The notes under the pieces: generated by a model
Seen by the model: the letters and a program-made list of their open reading frames with translations, nothing else
The model's database searches: none
What the model was told of the DNA's origin: nothing
DNA from: Octopus vulgaris
Lineage: Eukaryota
Direction of reading: 5' to 3'
Length of the DNA stretch: 64,000 bases
Assembly: GCA_951406725.2 (NCBI GenBank)
Contig: OX597816.1
Location: 133,982,001-134,046,000, forward strand
Made by a program: the position numbers and the translations under genes
Part shown: piece by piece, positions 50,756 through 64,000 of the stretch
Layout of the letters: every line of letters begins with the position of its first letter
Numbering within the stretch: position 1 is the first letter of the stretch

Positions 50756-51956
50756 TCAGGTCATCCCATAACTTCTGTCCGATTTTACCTTTTTTTAAAT
50801 TTAATAGTATTTTAAAATGTCTAATGGAATAAAAAGTTATTTTTATGCATTTGTGTACATTTAAGCCAATTAAATATTATTTTACAGAATAACAGAATTA
50901 AAATTTCTTTGATTAAAACCCTTTCTAACATGGAAGTACCCAAAGAGCATTTGAGGCACATAATGCTTTATGAGTACAATAAAGGAAACTCTGCAGCCGA
51001 AGCAACTCGAAACATACACTCAGTTTATGGGAAAGAATTCTTGAACGAAAGACATCCAGTTGAGTTTGATGATAAGCTCCTTGAGGCATTACTTGAAGAA
51101 AATCCTGCATTATCAGTTGAAGAATTAGCAATAAAGCTTAGTTCAAACCATACAATTGTTCATCGTCATCTTCAACAACTTGGAAAGGTTCCCAAACTTG
51201 GAAAACGAGTGCCTCATGAATTGTCTGAAAACAACCGCAAATCCCGAGTTGACATCTGCTTTTCTCTTCATTCTCACAAACTCATTTCACCCTTTTTGGA
51301 TAGACTTGTGACTGGTGACAAAAAATGAATCTTCTATCAAAATGTTAAACGTCATAAACAGTGGCTTGGTAAAAGGGAAAAAGCTCAACCACAACCAAGA
51401 AGGGAACTTCATGGGGAAAAGGTTCTTCTCTCTATCTGGTGGGATTGCAAAGGAGTCATTCACTTTGAATTGTTACCACCTAATGCAACAATCACTGCTC
51501 AAGTCTACTATCAGCAATTAGAGCGTTTGAACCAAGCTTTGAAGAAAAAAAGACCCACTTTAGTGAATCAAAAGGGAGTGATGTTTTCATCAGGACAATG
51601 CGCGACTCCACACTGCAAAAATCCCAAGATCGAAGAGCTTGGTTGAGAAAGAATTCCTCATCCACCTTATTCTCCTGACCTTGCTCCTTCAGACTACCAT
51701 TTGTTTCATAGTTTACAGAATCATTTGGGGGACATAACTTTCGCAAGCCAGGAGGAGGTCGAAACTGACATTTCAGAGTTCTTCGCTTTGAAACCAAGAG
51801 TTTTACGTTGATGGGATTAAAAAGCTTGTAAATAGATGGAAGAAAGTCATAGATAATCAGGGAAAGCACATTGTTGATTAAATTTCAATTAATTATAACA
51901 TTTGATCACTTGTTTTCTTTATTCAAAATTCGGACAGAACTTATGGAATGACCTGA
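50756..51956 (+). mobile_element. mariner element, full-length but with a disrupted transposase
   Basis: TA-flanked TIRs tcaggtcatcccataacttctgtccga / tcggacagaacttatggaatgacctga; VPHEL, VTGD, HQDNA and HPPYSPDLAPSDYHLF motifs with frameshifts. Confidence 0.92.
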
Positions 51957-53049
51957 TACTTCATGAAGAAGTCCCACATTAATCAATTTAACGGGAACCT
52001 TCCTCTGCAGAATCTCAAATTTCTGGAAATATTTTCGTTTACATTAACTTAGAAATATTCAAACTTAACAGCAATTGTATCAACCGCTTTAGTTTAGGAT
52101 AGCCTCTCTCCATACTAAATCATAGAAAAAAACCCCCCACTTCATGTTAGAGTGCACAGTGTAGCTTTCAGCTAAACACGCACGATATATCTGGAATGAT
52201 GGATCTGTTCATTGCATTCATTTCATCATTCAACCAAACGACCGCAGTTACACAACAGCAGCTACAATGAATTAAGCTAAGTGGTCAATTGACATATTTT
52301 ACTGGTGAATGAGTGAATTTTTTGCTGAACATACAACACTTACTACGTGAAAATCGAATCTAATGTGTTCTGAACATGAGCACAAGCCCTGGAATTTAGG
52401 CAAGGGGAACAGTCACTTAAATCGGTTCTAGTACTTAACTGGTATTTTATCAACCCCGGAGGGATGAAAGACAAAGTTAATCTAGGGCAAGATTAGAACT
52501 CAGAACGTAAAGAACCAGAAGAAATAACATCAAATTATTTTGCCCGAAGAATCATGTAGCTAGATATATTCAATTAATATAATTACTATAGTAAGTTTTA
52601 TCCTAATTATTAAATTAAAATTATCCGCGTAATAAAAAGAAATTTCATTCAATTTTTAATCAATTTCGATTTTTAAGTTATCTTTTTTTACAAGAATTAT
52701 CATTAATGCTAATGGTTTTCTTCTTATTACAGCTGCAGCTTTAATTTACTCACATTGATTTCGTTGATTACATTAAATATATTAGTCGCCACCTAATTAA
52801 ATGCTCTCCGTGCAGAAAGTATTTCTTGGAAATTAATCTACCATTAAATATATTCAAGTTCGTTCACACCTTGTACCCTTTACCTTATTCACTTGTAAAC
52901 AATCTGTTCAATAATGCAATAAATATTGACTTTTAACACTTACATCTAGGATGCGTTCAAGGCATATTAAATTAACCAGCAGTTGACTGGTGTCATAACT
53001 TATCGATCCCAGCAAAGGTGATCTTGACAGAATTTAAACATAGAACTTA

Positions 53050-54843
53050 CGAGGGTTGTCTGAAAAGTCTTGAGCCTCAAAAAAAGAAAGCGTAGTACAA
53101 GACTTCTGATGATTTATTTTTCAACATAGTCCCCTTTGATGGCTGAACACTTTCTCCAGCGGTGCTGAAGTGCCATTATCCCGGCGTAGAGGAACTCTTT
53201 TGTTTGAGACTCTAAGAAACTTCCTACGGTGTCTATGACGTCATTGTCAGTGACAAAATGGCAACCAACCAGGGCTTTTTTCATTTTGGGGAATAGATGA
53301 AAGTCAGAGGGGGCTAAGTCTGGCGAATAAGGCAGATGGAGAACAAGTTCGTATCCACAATCACGAATTGTTGCCATGGCAACTGTAGTGGATCTTGCAT
53401 GCATGAAGTGGATTCGATCCACCATAGCCAAATTTAAATTAACATTGCAACAAAACTTTTCCCACGGTGGAACAATGGTTTTTCTCTGACAGCAGTTTTA
53501 CATTTTCCAGATGCCTTTAGTTAGGCCGAAATAATGTCTTCACTACTTGACCCTTTCTATCTTCTACTTCACCAAAAGCTCGAATAGAGATAACAAGACC
53601 AACAACTAAACCTATTGTTCTCAATGATCTATCTATCCTTCTGGATGCTTATATAAGCAAGCATATCCCAAGCAAAAATTAGTTCGTCACAGTTGTGACG
53701 ACTCACCGAAGTCTGGCTGACCAGCTAGAACATTGGTCAGAAGGAAAAATGAAGTTTACAGGCAGCAACTTGATACAACACCCTACAATTCTCTCTAGTT
53801 CTAATTCTGTTCTCTTACAACATCATTCTATCTCTGTAATTACTATTAAACAGTGAAGAAGACACAAACACAAACTTTACTTTCATGCTTTTGGATGTAT
53901 CAAAATCTGCTCGTCGAGGCAAGGTATTTGTAACGTAACGATAACTAAATATTTCTTTAAAACTTCAAGCATTGTTCCATCATTCACATCCTACAGTATG
54001 CAACCATAATAAAAAAAAACTCTTATCATCACACCAGCTGACTACGACAATTCTTAATATTCTTTACCAATCAAATTTTTGCCGTTACAATTGGTAACCA
54101 CACCAAAATAAAATCCTAAACGTTACACAACCACTGAGGTGTGGGCTGGAGCATTGTTGTGATGAAAAAGGACTCCTCTGGTGAGCATTCCTGACCTTTT
54201 TTCTTTGATTGCTTCCTGAAGGCATTACAGTAGCAGAGAATATTACAGCCCTATCACGGTGTGACCCATTTCAAGGTAATCGATCAGCAAGACACCTCGA
54301 GAATCCCAAAAAACTGACGCCATGACCTTGCCAGCTGAAGGAATGACCTGGCCTTCTTTAGGGTAGGAGAAGATGTGTGCTTCCGCTGCTTTGATTGTAC
54401 TTTGGTTTCAGGGTGGCAGTGATGAACCCAACTTTCGTCCATAGTAATAAAACGAACAAGAAAATTCTCTTCATCGGCTTCAAACAGTTCCAAATTGCTC
54501 GTGGACAAAGTGCGTTTTTGTTCAGGAGTCAAAAGGCGAGGGACCTACCTTGCAGAAATCTTTGAGAACCTAAGTTCTTTTGTCACAATGTTGTCTGCTC
54601 TTTCATTTGAGATGCCCAGTCTCTCAGCTATCTGGCGACATGATATTCGACGATCTTGCATTATCATACCAAGAGCAAGGTCAATGTTGTCCTCGGTGGT
54701 TGCAGTTGGAGGCCTCCCTGGTGTGGGAATCATGAAAATGAGCAAGAATACTCCGAAAAGACTTTACTTACCAGAAAAAATTGTCTCTCTTACCTAGCAA
54801 CCTCGTATCTAGGTTAGGCTCAAAACTTTTCATACAGCCCTCG
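53050..54843 (-). mobile_element. mariner element (irritans-like), degenerate, with ~740 bp internal insert
   Basis: TA-flanked TIRs cgagggttgtctgaaaag / cttttcatacagccctcg; TMDESW, FHHNNAPAH and PYSPDLAPSDFHLFP motifs. Confidence 0.88.
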
Positions 54844-56717
54844 TAGAGGGCTGTAACTAAATAGCGCAGACATTATATTAGACGCTATAACGATTTATTC
54901 GTGAATAGTACTTCTTAGGATCTGATTTTATCAATCCAGGAGGGATGAAAGACAATCCCAAATCCAGCGAGATTTAAACTCAGAACGTAAAAAGACGTAA
55001 CTAAGTATTTCAGGTTACTGGAAACAGTTTTGTAACCGACAATTAATGCAAATACATATAATTACAAGTATTGTTTATACGCTGTGACTACTAAGGTTAA
55101 ACCAGTTGGCTTAATTACCGTTTTATAACATATTTTATAAACATAAAACATTACACCAAATAATTTTCGAAGACATTCGAGTATTCCAGCATGTCTTTTA
55201 CATATGCTAAAAATAGCGGCCCAGTACATTCAATTCGTCAATCCATCGATTTGTGTGGTGTGAGAAATTTGGTCGTGGTCCTCCGGAAAATATTATTTCG
55301 CAAACATAGTAAATGTATCCTTGTGTGTGTAAAAAACAAAAAAAAAAAACTTTCGAAACTTTTCAAAATTTCATATATGTTAACTGGGTTTTTTTTTCTT
55401 CGTTTCAATTTGTTAAGCAGAGAAATAACGAAGCACTGAGCCAAAATATTTTTTTTACTGAAAGCAAGATTTTTTAATAAACGAAGTTAAAGAAATATCG
55501 AGGAGTGGCTAAAAAAACAAACAAACAAACAAATGTTACGTATAGCAATAACAATTTAAGGCAAGGCTTCTATTTGTCTTCGGTAGAATTTCACAACAGA
55601 AACTTCTACTAATAGTTTTCGAAACATTGTTCAGAACTTCGAAAAATAATCATTATTTTCACTTTAGATTAAAAAAGAATATGTCCGATATGCGCATGCA
55701 TTGATGCATATATGTATTTCCAAGGTCACGTCATTCTTTAAAGGTGTTCCAACCGTCTTTCAAAAGACGAGGTCACAGAACATTTTTAAAAGATAGTCGT
55801 ATTGAAATGCTTTCAAAAAACATTTAAATATACAGGTTGGTGCGCATATTTTTGCATGCTAAAATCTTTCCAAATACATTTGTAGCAATTAGATTCGATT
55901 CCACGTTTTACCACATAGAAATCATATTTCGATTATGTGCGCAAACCCAGTTGTTATCCAATGAACAGCTGTTGTTCAGGTGATAGTTCGGTGACTTGTC
56001 TAGCCTTCCGTGAACACAGCCTATAATTACAACCTAATTAAGCGCCCAAATCTTAGCAATCTTTTTTCCTGTTGGCGTTCATTCTCCCCTCATAGCCGTT
56101 TTTATAGTTACATATTCAACCTGCAACGATCGAAGAAGATACGCCTCGACACCGTGAATATGTAGGTATTTAATGCGTAAAAATTAACCCGAATGTTGAA
56201 TTTCTAACAAAGAGTTCTGGTACGTGTCATACATTGTTTCATTCAAGTATTTCTTAGATAGTATTGAATTAATACCGTCTTTATTAATCTAACAATTATG
56301 TTCTAAAACAAAGAAGACTTCCCACTTGTTACACACTGATGCCTTCACTTTTGTTTGTCATACCAACGGAACATGACTATCTCGGTCATGTTTTATGTAC
56401 CTGCTCCTTGTACAATTATGGATTACAATGAAATCATCGAAACCTCTCAGATTATTGCCGAGATGATGTACAATAAGTTATCTGGTTCGTGCCACCGCTG
56501 GTGCGCGTCGTAGCTTCATTAGAAATTTGTTCACGCGTGAGCAATATAATAATGTGGAGTGTGGTCTCACGAAGCGTACCAAGAGTATAGATAGTAAAAC
56601 ATAGTATTGCTATATTTGTTGAGAGAGAGAGAGAAAATCAATTCGGTATGAAAGCTGGTTCACGAAGTTTGTTTGTGTATACGACTCCTCCCCACAAAAG
56701 ATATTGCGACAAGATAT

Positions 56718-56911
56718 TGTCAACAAGAACTTCCGGCGGTGTATATTTCGTTTGTCACCGTTATTTATGACAACCCTAGCTCTAAAATCCTAACCCTAAC
56801 ACCCTAACCCTAACCCTAAAATCTTAAAGCTAAAACCAGTACAAACACACGAACGGTGTCATAAATAACAGTGATAAACGAAATATACACCGCCGATAGT
56901 TGTTGTTGACA
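56718..56911. repeat. ~55-bp inverted repeat enclosing (CCCTAA)n
   Basis: Arms 56718-56772 and 56857-56911; CCCTAA units at 56789-56819. Confidence 0.85.
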
Positions 56912-59079
56912 AACAACGACAGTAATTTTATTCAGCTGAATATACATCATTCATTGGTTGAAATTACCGAAATATTACGACTTTAACGTGAAATAACTTC
57001 CTAAATATAAGCTTTTCTCAAAAGCACTAAAAGTAAAAGATGCTTTATATGACATATTCAACCAGTGTCCGAAGTTTGAAAGTCTTTAGTTACAAAAAAT
57101 TATTTTTAAAATCTGTCGGTCAAAAGGTAAAAATCCCAGTCCTACTATTGCTGGCAATTCATGTGAAGCATATGGGCAGCCTACCTTCCACCACCACTTG
57201 CAGCATTACGTCCGCGATTCTACTGAGGCCTTCTATATTGCTTGAATGGCCATTTCTATGCCATATCCCCAATAGTTCACCCTTTTGGATCTTGTGGCTT
57301 TGAGAATCTTGGCCTCCTCTACCAGTTTAGTACTGGAGTCGATTATATCGACTTATTTTCTCTCCGAAATTGCTGGCCTTGAGCCAAATTTTGAAACCAA
57401 TATTAGTACAAATGAAATGAGAGAGAGAGAGAGAGGATGACATTCATTACTTTCTTATCAGTATATTAGCTCCATGAGTGGTTTGAAGCGGCATGATGGG
57501 AAACAAAACGTGCTGGAATTCTAGAGCACTCTCATCACCACCACCAATACTACTATCATCCTCATGATCAACGCAACAGTAACTATAGCTAATATTATCG
57601 AGCAAATGAACCAAATGCTGAACAAATTACACAGTCTATTTACGCTTACAAAAGTAACAAAGTGTACCGGTGTGACATCTATTTTCAGCAGGACATTGTT
57701 TTACCTATCGCTTCAACCAAGCTGCACGGAAGATTGATAGGAACTTTAAAGCAGTGATTCCCAACGTGGGACATACGCCCCACCGGTGGGGCCCGAGAAA
57801 ATTGTGATGGGGCGCTGTGTTGGAGTTGCCAGGCGTAAGGTTTTCATTAAAGTCATACACCATTTTCTTAGTCAATAATGTAATTTTTCTTGTACTCAGT
57901 ACTTACTAGAAGAGTTACCGGTAGATTTTTTTGTATTAAAATGGGAAACACTGCTTTAGAACAACATGTCCTGCTTGTATTTAATTACAGCCCTTTGGTT
58001 TCTAAGTTCAAATCCCACCGAAGCCAACTTTGCCTTTCATCCTTCAAGGTTGGGTGGGTGGGGGGAATAAATTAAGATATAATTCACGTAATGACTCTCT
58101 ATCCTGCCTCTCAAACCTTCTTGCCTTCAATAATGTTAGAAATCAATTTTTAGTTAGTCAATGCTGTAACGATTAGTAGTAACAGCAATCGATATGCCTT
58201 GATGTTAACTAATTGCTGCTTTACCAAGTCACCATTCTCAAGACTTCAATCTGAAGAATACAATGTAATGCATTTTACAATATTCTCATACGATTACATA
58301 TTGTGAAAACAGAATACATTATTTTGTCTCATAAATAATCTAAAGTAGGAAACCAGTTGTTAAATAGGTCAAAATTAAAGAGAAAATACAGTTATTTTAA
58401 TAATAAATTCTTATTTTGTAACCTAAATAAATATAAAGATAAACAAACATTTCGCGATTAATAGATTAACGCATAGTTTGACACGTAAGTATTTTGCATA
58501 TTGTTTTGTAATTATCATACCACAGATACTAGGTAGTACATTGAATTAGTTGAAGTCTTCTTCATAGTATTTTGAACAGTTTTTATTGTTTAGGTTCAAG
58601 TAGGGTCTGAACGAAAAGACTTATTAAAAACATAAAAATCTTTATTTTAGGAGTAGCAAACTTCAGGTACATTACTTGATGCGTGCAGGTTTTTTACTGC
58701 TTTTTTTTTCTTATATTTTTTAAAGATGGTTAGAGTGTGGTTTGAAGATTTTGTAGGTTATTTCTAATAGGACGGACGAATATACAGTAAAAAGTGGGGA
58801 AAAGTGCAATTTCGCATAAATTGACAGAAGTATTCAATTTCAGAACTAAAGATGATAACTTTCTTATAGTTTTATGTTGGTTTTTGCAAATTAATTTTGT
58901 AATAGTATGCAAAAACCAGTAGAAGAACCATCCCTCACTTAATTACACGCATTTGTTGCTAAGTTAGCTAATATGTAATGGGCCTGAAATATTTTTAATC
59001 GATTAAAGTAATGAAAAAACAAGTTATTAGCATTAATGATACTTATTGTCAAAATAGACATGGGAGACAACTCCACAAT

Positions 59080-59570
59080 GGACATATATAAGAAATTGAA
59101 TAGACTCATGCATTGGAAATTATGCTTGATCTTTGGTAATTATGAGGAAAACTCTAAACGTGTTTCGATCTTATCAGACCTTCTCTATGAAACATTGTCG
59201 GACTTGAACTTATAAGTTTCTCACACTACACAAGCCACTAAGAATGTTCTGGGATCGATTGGATGAGAAAAAGTACAACTGCTTTCATATTCTCCAGAAA
59301 TTGTTCCAACAAACTTGCACTAATTTTAGATCTTGGCAAAACTATTTAGACAAGAAAAGTAGTGGCCTACAGGGAAGAAATGGGAAAAGAATTAAATATA
59401 TATTTTAATTTGAAACTCAAGGAATTTTTCAATCCAGGCATTAAAAAGCTTACAAATAGATAGAGAGACGTGTCCGAGTGTAAAAGAAATTATGTAGTTG
59501 ATTAAGTTTAAAGTATTAAATACCTTGTTTGTTATGTTAAATAGATTTTTAAATCGGACAAAACTTTCGT
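59080..59570 (+). mobile_element. old mariner remnant
   Basis: Decayed YSPEIVPTN.H..FRS and GIKKL..R motifs; TIR-like end tcggacaaaactt. Confidence 0.5.
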
Positions 59571-61882
59571 GTGTGTGTGTGAGAGAGATGGTCAATTAGA
59601 AATTTCATCGTTAATCTCATTAAAGTCACGATTTTTCAGCAATACATATTTGAAGAACTGTTCTCGTTGGTGCTGCTATGATCAAACCTGTAGTGACGAC
59701 CGTGCGTAAAGGAGATGGTGACAGAAATGTCTCCTTTTTAGACGCCGCACGGTCGCCCTTACAAAAGAATATGCCAAATAAATGGCATAAAGGAATAAGA
59801 GTGCTGGCAAAGAATAAGGAGAAAAACACAACCGTTTACTGTTTGAGAGAAAAAGACTTTATTTACAGAATGTGTACATAATGATAGGAGTGTGTGTCTA
59901 TGTGTCCGTGAGTGGCAGAGTGTTTATCTGAGTGCGTGCGACAAGTGTGTCTGTGTGTTCGTATTTGTTTATAATAAGACAGGCCGTCAAACATACAATG
60001 TGTGTACAAAATAATATGTATGTATGTGAGATAATAACACAGAACATAGGAAGAGCGTCCAGACACGAGATGGGGTTAAATTAACAGTTCGGTGTATGAC
60101 ACGCCATAGCAATGGTTCTGTGTCAATGAAGTTGGTGGCAAAGAGGAGAGCGGTCACAATGTTTGTAGAATTTGTGGCTTCAATCCATTGCCAGGTTACA
60201 TTGGTACAGAAGATCTCGCAGGTAGAACTGCGATATTAACCTTGGTGAATATCACAACAGCGTAAAAGTTAAACCTGAGCGAGTTGCTATGTACGTATAG
60301 GCGTTGGTGGAGACGACGTGAAGTTGAAGGGCGACGATAAGCTAAGGCGTCGGTGGCAATGATGGCGTCAAAGTGAAGTCGACGATGGTGATGGCGACGG
60401 CGGAGAAAGGCGTCGTTGGGACGAAGGCGACGGTGGTGAAAAAACGTTGGTGGGGATGCTGCATGTTGGTGTCGTCGCTGGCACATGGCTGTCTTGCTGG
60501 AACTGGCTGGTCTGGTCGTCGCTAGCTGCTGTATGGTCAATGGTCAGAGACCAAAAAGTGAGATATAGCGAATGCTGGAGCCTTTTAAAGCAAATGGTGG
60601 ACTCCAGTGAAACCCCAAAAGACTGTGTCATGGGACCTTATCCGAAGGCCGTGATTGGTTGGCTTACACACTGGCGCGAAATAAAACTGCACCAAAACCA
60701 ACCAATCAGGGCAGCGGACACAGTTGGTCCCATCCACCGTAGGATGGCTGCTATATAACACGACATTATTTCTATGATCTCTCTTAAACAGTGAGGTTAT
60801 CACCGAGCTACGCTACAAACCTGATCGAGCAGGCCTTTCTAATGTATTCTAATGTATTACATCTTTTTTAGGAGTTTGTTGGACTATATTACCTGTGAGA
60901 CAGTAGGGTATGATTTGAGGCTAATTTGGCTACTATTTCTAGCACACCGAGCAACTATGTGGCAGTCATAAGACATCTGCCATTGTCTTGTATACATGGT
61001 TATGATCTTGTATGTATAGTGGTTGCGTTTGTGGTTGTCATCGTCTTGTATTTATTGTTGTCATGCCTGAAGATTTCCATGACAACTATAAATACAATTA
61101 ATCAGATGGACATTTATCGTAATCGGAGCATTTCAAATTGTTTACACTATACAACAGCGAGGCTGAGCATGTATATTTAATGAGATGGAAGCTATGCACG
61201 AACGACGGCATTTATTTTGTCAGCCACGTCCTTGAGATAATGATTTTCCTTCTGAGATATGATATCCTGTTGTTTTACTTTATATAGAGTGGTTGTGGTC
61301 TTCATTGATCCTTTAATGTCTCAATTACTCTTGTGGTTAAGTAACTCAGCCAAAACATTATCGACATAATATATAAAATTATATTGTGATGTCGTGATGA
61401 AATCGTTAACACCCAATAAAACAATAAATCCATTATATACTTCTATATTTATGTGCTTATATATCTATATTAATCAAGACATCCAGTAATGCCTGGGTAT
61501 TTTATCAATAAAAAACACTCCACTCTGTTGTAATGTAGAGATTTCGATTTCCGAAGCATTACAAACTATAAGGAATTAGGAATTTCGTATATTGTCATTG
61601 AAGTAGGCATTACAGTGAAATGTTCTTGTTCATTCCAAAACCTCAATATAAACGGTATTCTTGGTTACTTAAACGATGAAAAAACAACCAGGAATTCTAA
61701 CTCTTAAAGTGCCGGTATAAAACTGACCTTATGAAAAAATAGCATTTATCAATTTCACTCCATGAGCTTTCCATGATAATCCTTGAGATTAAATTATTAA
61801 ACAACACCCTGTGAACATTTATGATTTACGTTGCACAAGTTGATCATGGATTACGAAAATCTCAAGATTTTTGGCAAGACTT

Positions 61883-62147
61883 GGTTAATGTCTAGTTTAA
61901 CATCCAGTCACAAAAATGAAAAAAAAAAGTGTGATAGGTGTAAAATAATGTGTAGTAAACGAATTTGAAAAAGAAAATTGCACCGACGAGGACTCGAAAA
62001 ATTCACATCTGGAATTTTCCGAGTCCTCTCCCACCACCGTTCGTCAGCGCGCATTTTTTCTCACATTCGTTTACTACACATTATTTTACACCTATTACAC
62101 TATTTTTTCTTCATTTTTGTGACCGGTTGTTAAACTAGAGATTAACC
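61883..62147. mobile_element. foldback/MITE-like palindrome (~265 bp)
   Basis: Long imperfect inverted repeat with a 7-nt central loop. Confidence 0.8.
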
Positions 62148-62764
62148 CATGATTTAAGAAACATAATACAACATATATGTTAGCTGGATATAAAGCTAAG
62201 CACACGGCCTGGATTAAACAAGAACATATACGCGTCGCTTCATGTCTGCCATCATATAACACGTCCGAATGAGCATGCAGTCGTTAGAACGACTATGTAA
62301 GAATGATTATGTATCGGACCGCCACCTTGCACACACTGGAGTTTGGCGCCTAAAACTGACTTTATTTACCGGCTTATTACGGAGAACTATCTAGAAGGCT
62401 CAAGAGAAACTATCATGTGAAAACTAATCGTTGATTGGCTGATAACTCGGCCTCACATGTGAAAGAGTCGAGCGATTTTCATGACTTGAAGTCCGTAATG
62501 TGGCGACTCGGTTTCGACTATTGCTATATAACTAAGTTTGACAGGGAATTGAAGACTTTGAAACTCATATGATATAGAAGTTCGATGATATTCTGGAGAT
62601 GAAGCAACTGCTACCAGCAAATTTTCTTGACAGGATTGTTACTCCAGGATATGAGGCATCATTGTTAATGGTGAGTCTTGCACCATTTCAAAGTTTTGGA
62701 GGATCTAGGTTACGAAGCAGTATAATAGATGCTCCAGGCTTAAGTATCAGATTATGTCGAGTAA

Positions 62765-62885
62765 TTCAGGCTGTTCAGAAAATTGGTTGATTAATTTACA
62801 ATTTGGTCCAACAAAGTGACTGTGTTCAGGCTGTTCAGAAATTTGGTTCAATAACTTACAACTTGGTTTAGCGAAGTGACTGTGT
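62765..62885. repeat. 60-bp tandem repeat x2
   Basis: ttcaggctgttcagaaa...gtgactgtg occurs twice. Confidence 0.8.
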
Positions 62886-63019
62886 CTGTTGATTTGTAGC
62901 ATCTTTTCTTTGAGCCCTTCGACTCATAAGGCCAGTTATCTGGTTTCTATGGCGTATAAGTAACCAAAATTATAACCCCCACTCTTCCTGAACGAAACGC
63001 CAGTCCATTGCAGGATTCA

Positions 63020-63210
63020 AAGCTAGCAATTTGTAAGGGAAGAGGACAAATCGATTACATCGACTCCAGCATTTGACTTCTTGTTTTATTTTGTCGATCC
63101 TGAAGGGATGAAAGGCAAAGCTGATCTCGGCGGTCTTTGAAGTCAGAACCAAAAGAAATGCCGCTAAGCATTTTGTCTGACGTGCTAACAAATCTACCAG
63201 CTCGTCACCT
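63020..63210 (-). mobile_element. SINE family B copy
   Basis: Homology to 32400-32590. Confidence 0.65.
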
Positions 63211-64000
63211 TAACGTTTTCCAGTAGCTTTCTGTTAATTTATCTAACAGCGACATTTTCAGTGCTAGGGTTACTCATTCGCAGAGCCATTTGAGATCATA
63301 TTATCTTACGAGAATTTTAGGAAAGACTTCGGCAATAGGTTCCTGTTATGTTTCAACGAAATGGGCTAAACAACAACTGAATTTGATCCTTGGATTACCT
63401 CTCAAGCAATTCGTTCCTGTCTTTGGAGGTTCGCTCCTGTCTTTGGGTAACTGTGAAAGTTACCAATAGCGTTATCACTAAACAAACGCACTTACATATT
63501 TAATCGAGGTACCGTAGCCGATCAATATTTGTCTGCAAGTTTCATCAAATACCGTTCACAACTTTTTGAGTTATTTTGCACACAGACGGATAGATGAAAA
63601 CATAACTCCCTTCCTTGGCGGAGGTAAATAACAGATAGTAACTGATATTCGAACGTTTTAGCTCTACCAATAGAAGACAGACAGACAGGGGTGAGTGAGA
63701 GAAAAGGGAGAGAGAAAGAGGGGGAGGGACAGATAAAAATCTAAAAAATACCACCGTTATGTAACCACCGTTCTCTCTCTACCTCGATATTTTAATCTAT
63801 GACCACTTCTCCACCTTTCTCTTATGTGGCACTCTCTCTCATTCCTTATCTCTATTTCACCTTCTCTGATTTTTATCTCTAGTGTTCTCCCAAATAATAT
63901 CGATCTCAGCCTCCAGTTAAAATACTTTTCCATATAAATACAAAAATAAAATGATAAAATTAATTTAAACACATTGCTGCTTTACATTTCAAAATAAATG

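Noticed and set aside
60196-60803. Cluster of overlapping 70-114 aa ORFs
   Set aside because: Explained by GC-rich low-complexity sequence; no domain motifs.

Overview
AT-rich, intron-containing animal genomic DNA. It is most likely a cephalopod (octopus-like), inferred from its SINE/RTE repeat families and HTGEKPYHCDICGKSF-type zinc-finger remnants. The only clearly intact host gene is the 3' end of OPA1 (mitochondrial dynamin-like GTPase): eight coding exons on + from 460 to the stop at 12558. The rest is mostly transposon-derived. It includes a very young full-length Ty3/Gypsy element (23832-29700, minus strand) with apparently identical 584-bp LTRs, a tRNA-Trp PBS, and a GGGAAAC slippery site plus pseudoknot. 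This element sits inside a mariner whose 347-aa transposase ORF is otherwise open. There are also three further mariners, RTE LINEs whose RT carries an embedded PHD finger, a Penelope-like GIY-YIG remnant, a pogo/Tigger remnant, many SINEs and MITEs, a decayed C2H2-ZNF gene and several local duplications. The most unusual signals are a tRNA-headed SINE carrying a minimal hammerhead-ribozyme fold, the PHD finger inside the RT domain, a 33-bp intronic hairpin in OPA1, and a hairpin element with telomeric repeats in its loop. All calls were made by eye, and the boundaries of degraded repeats are approximate.
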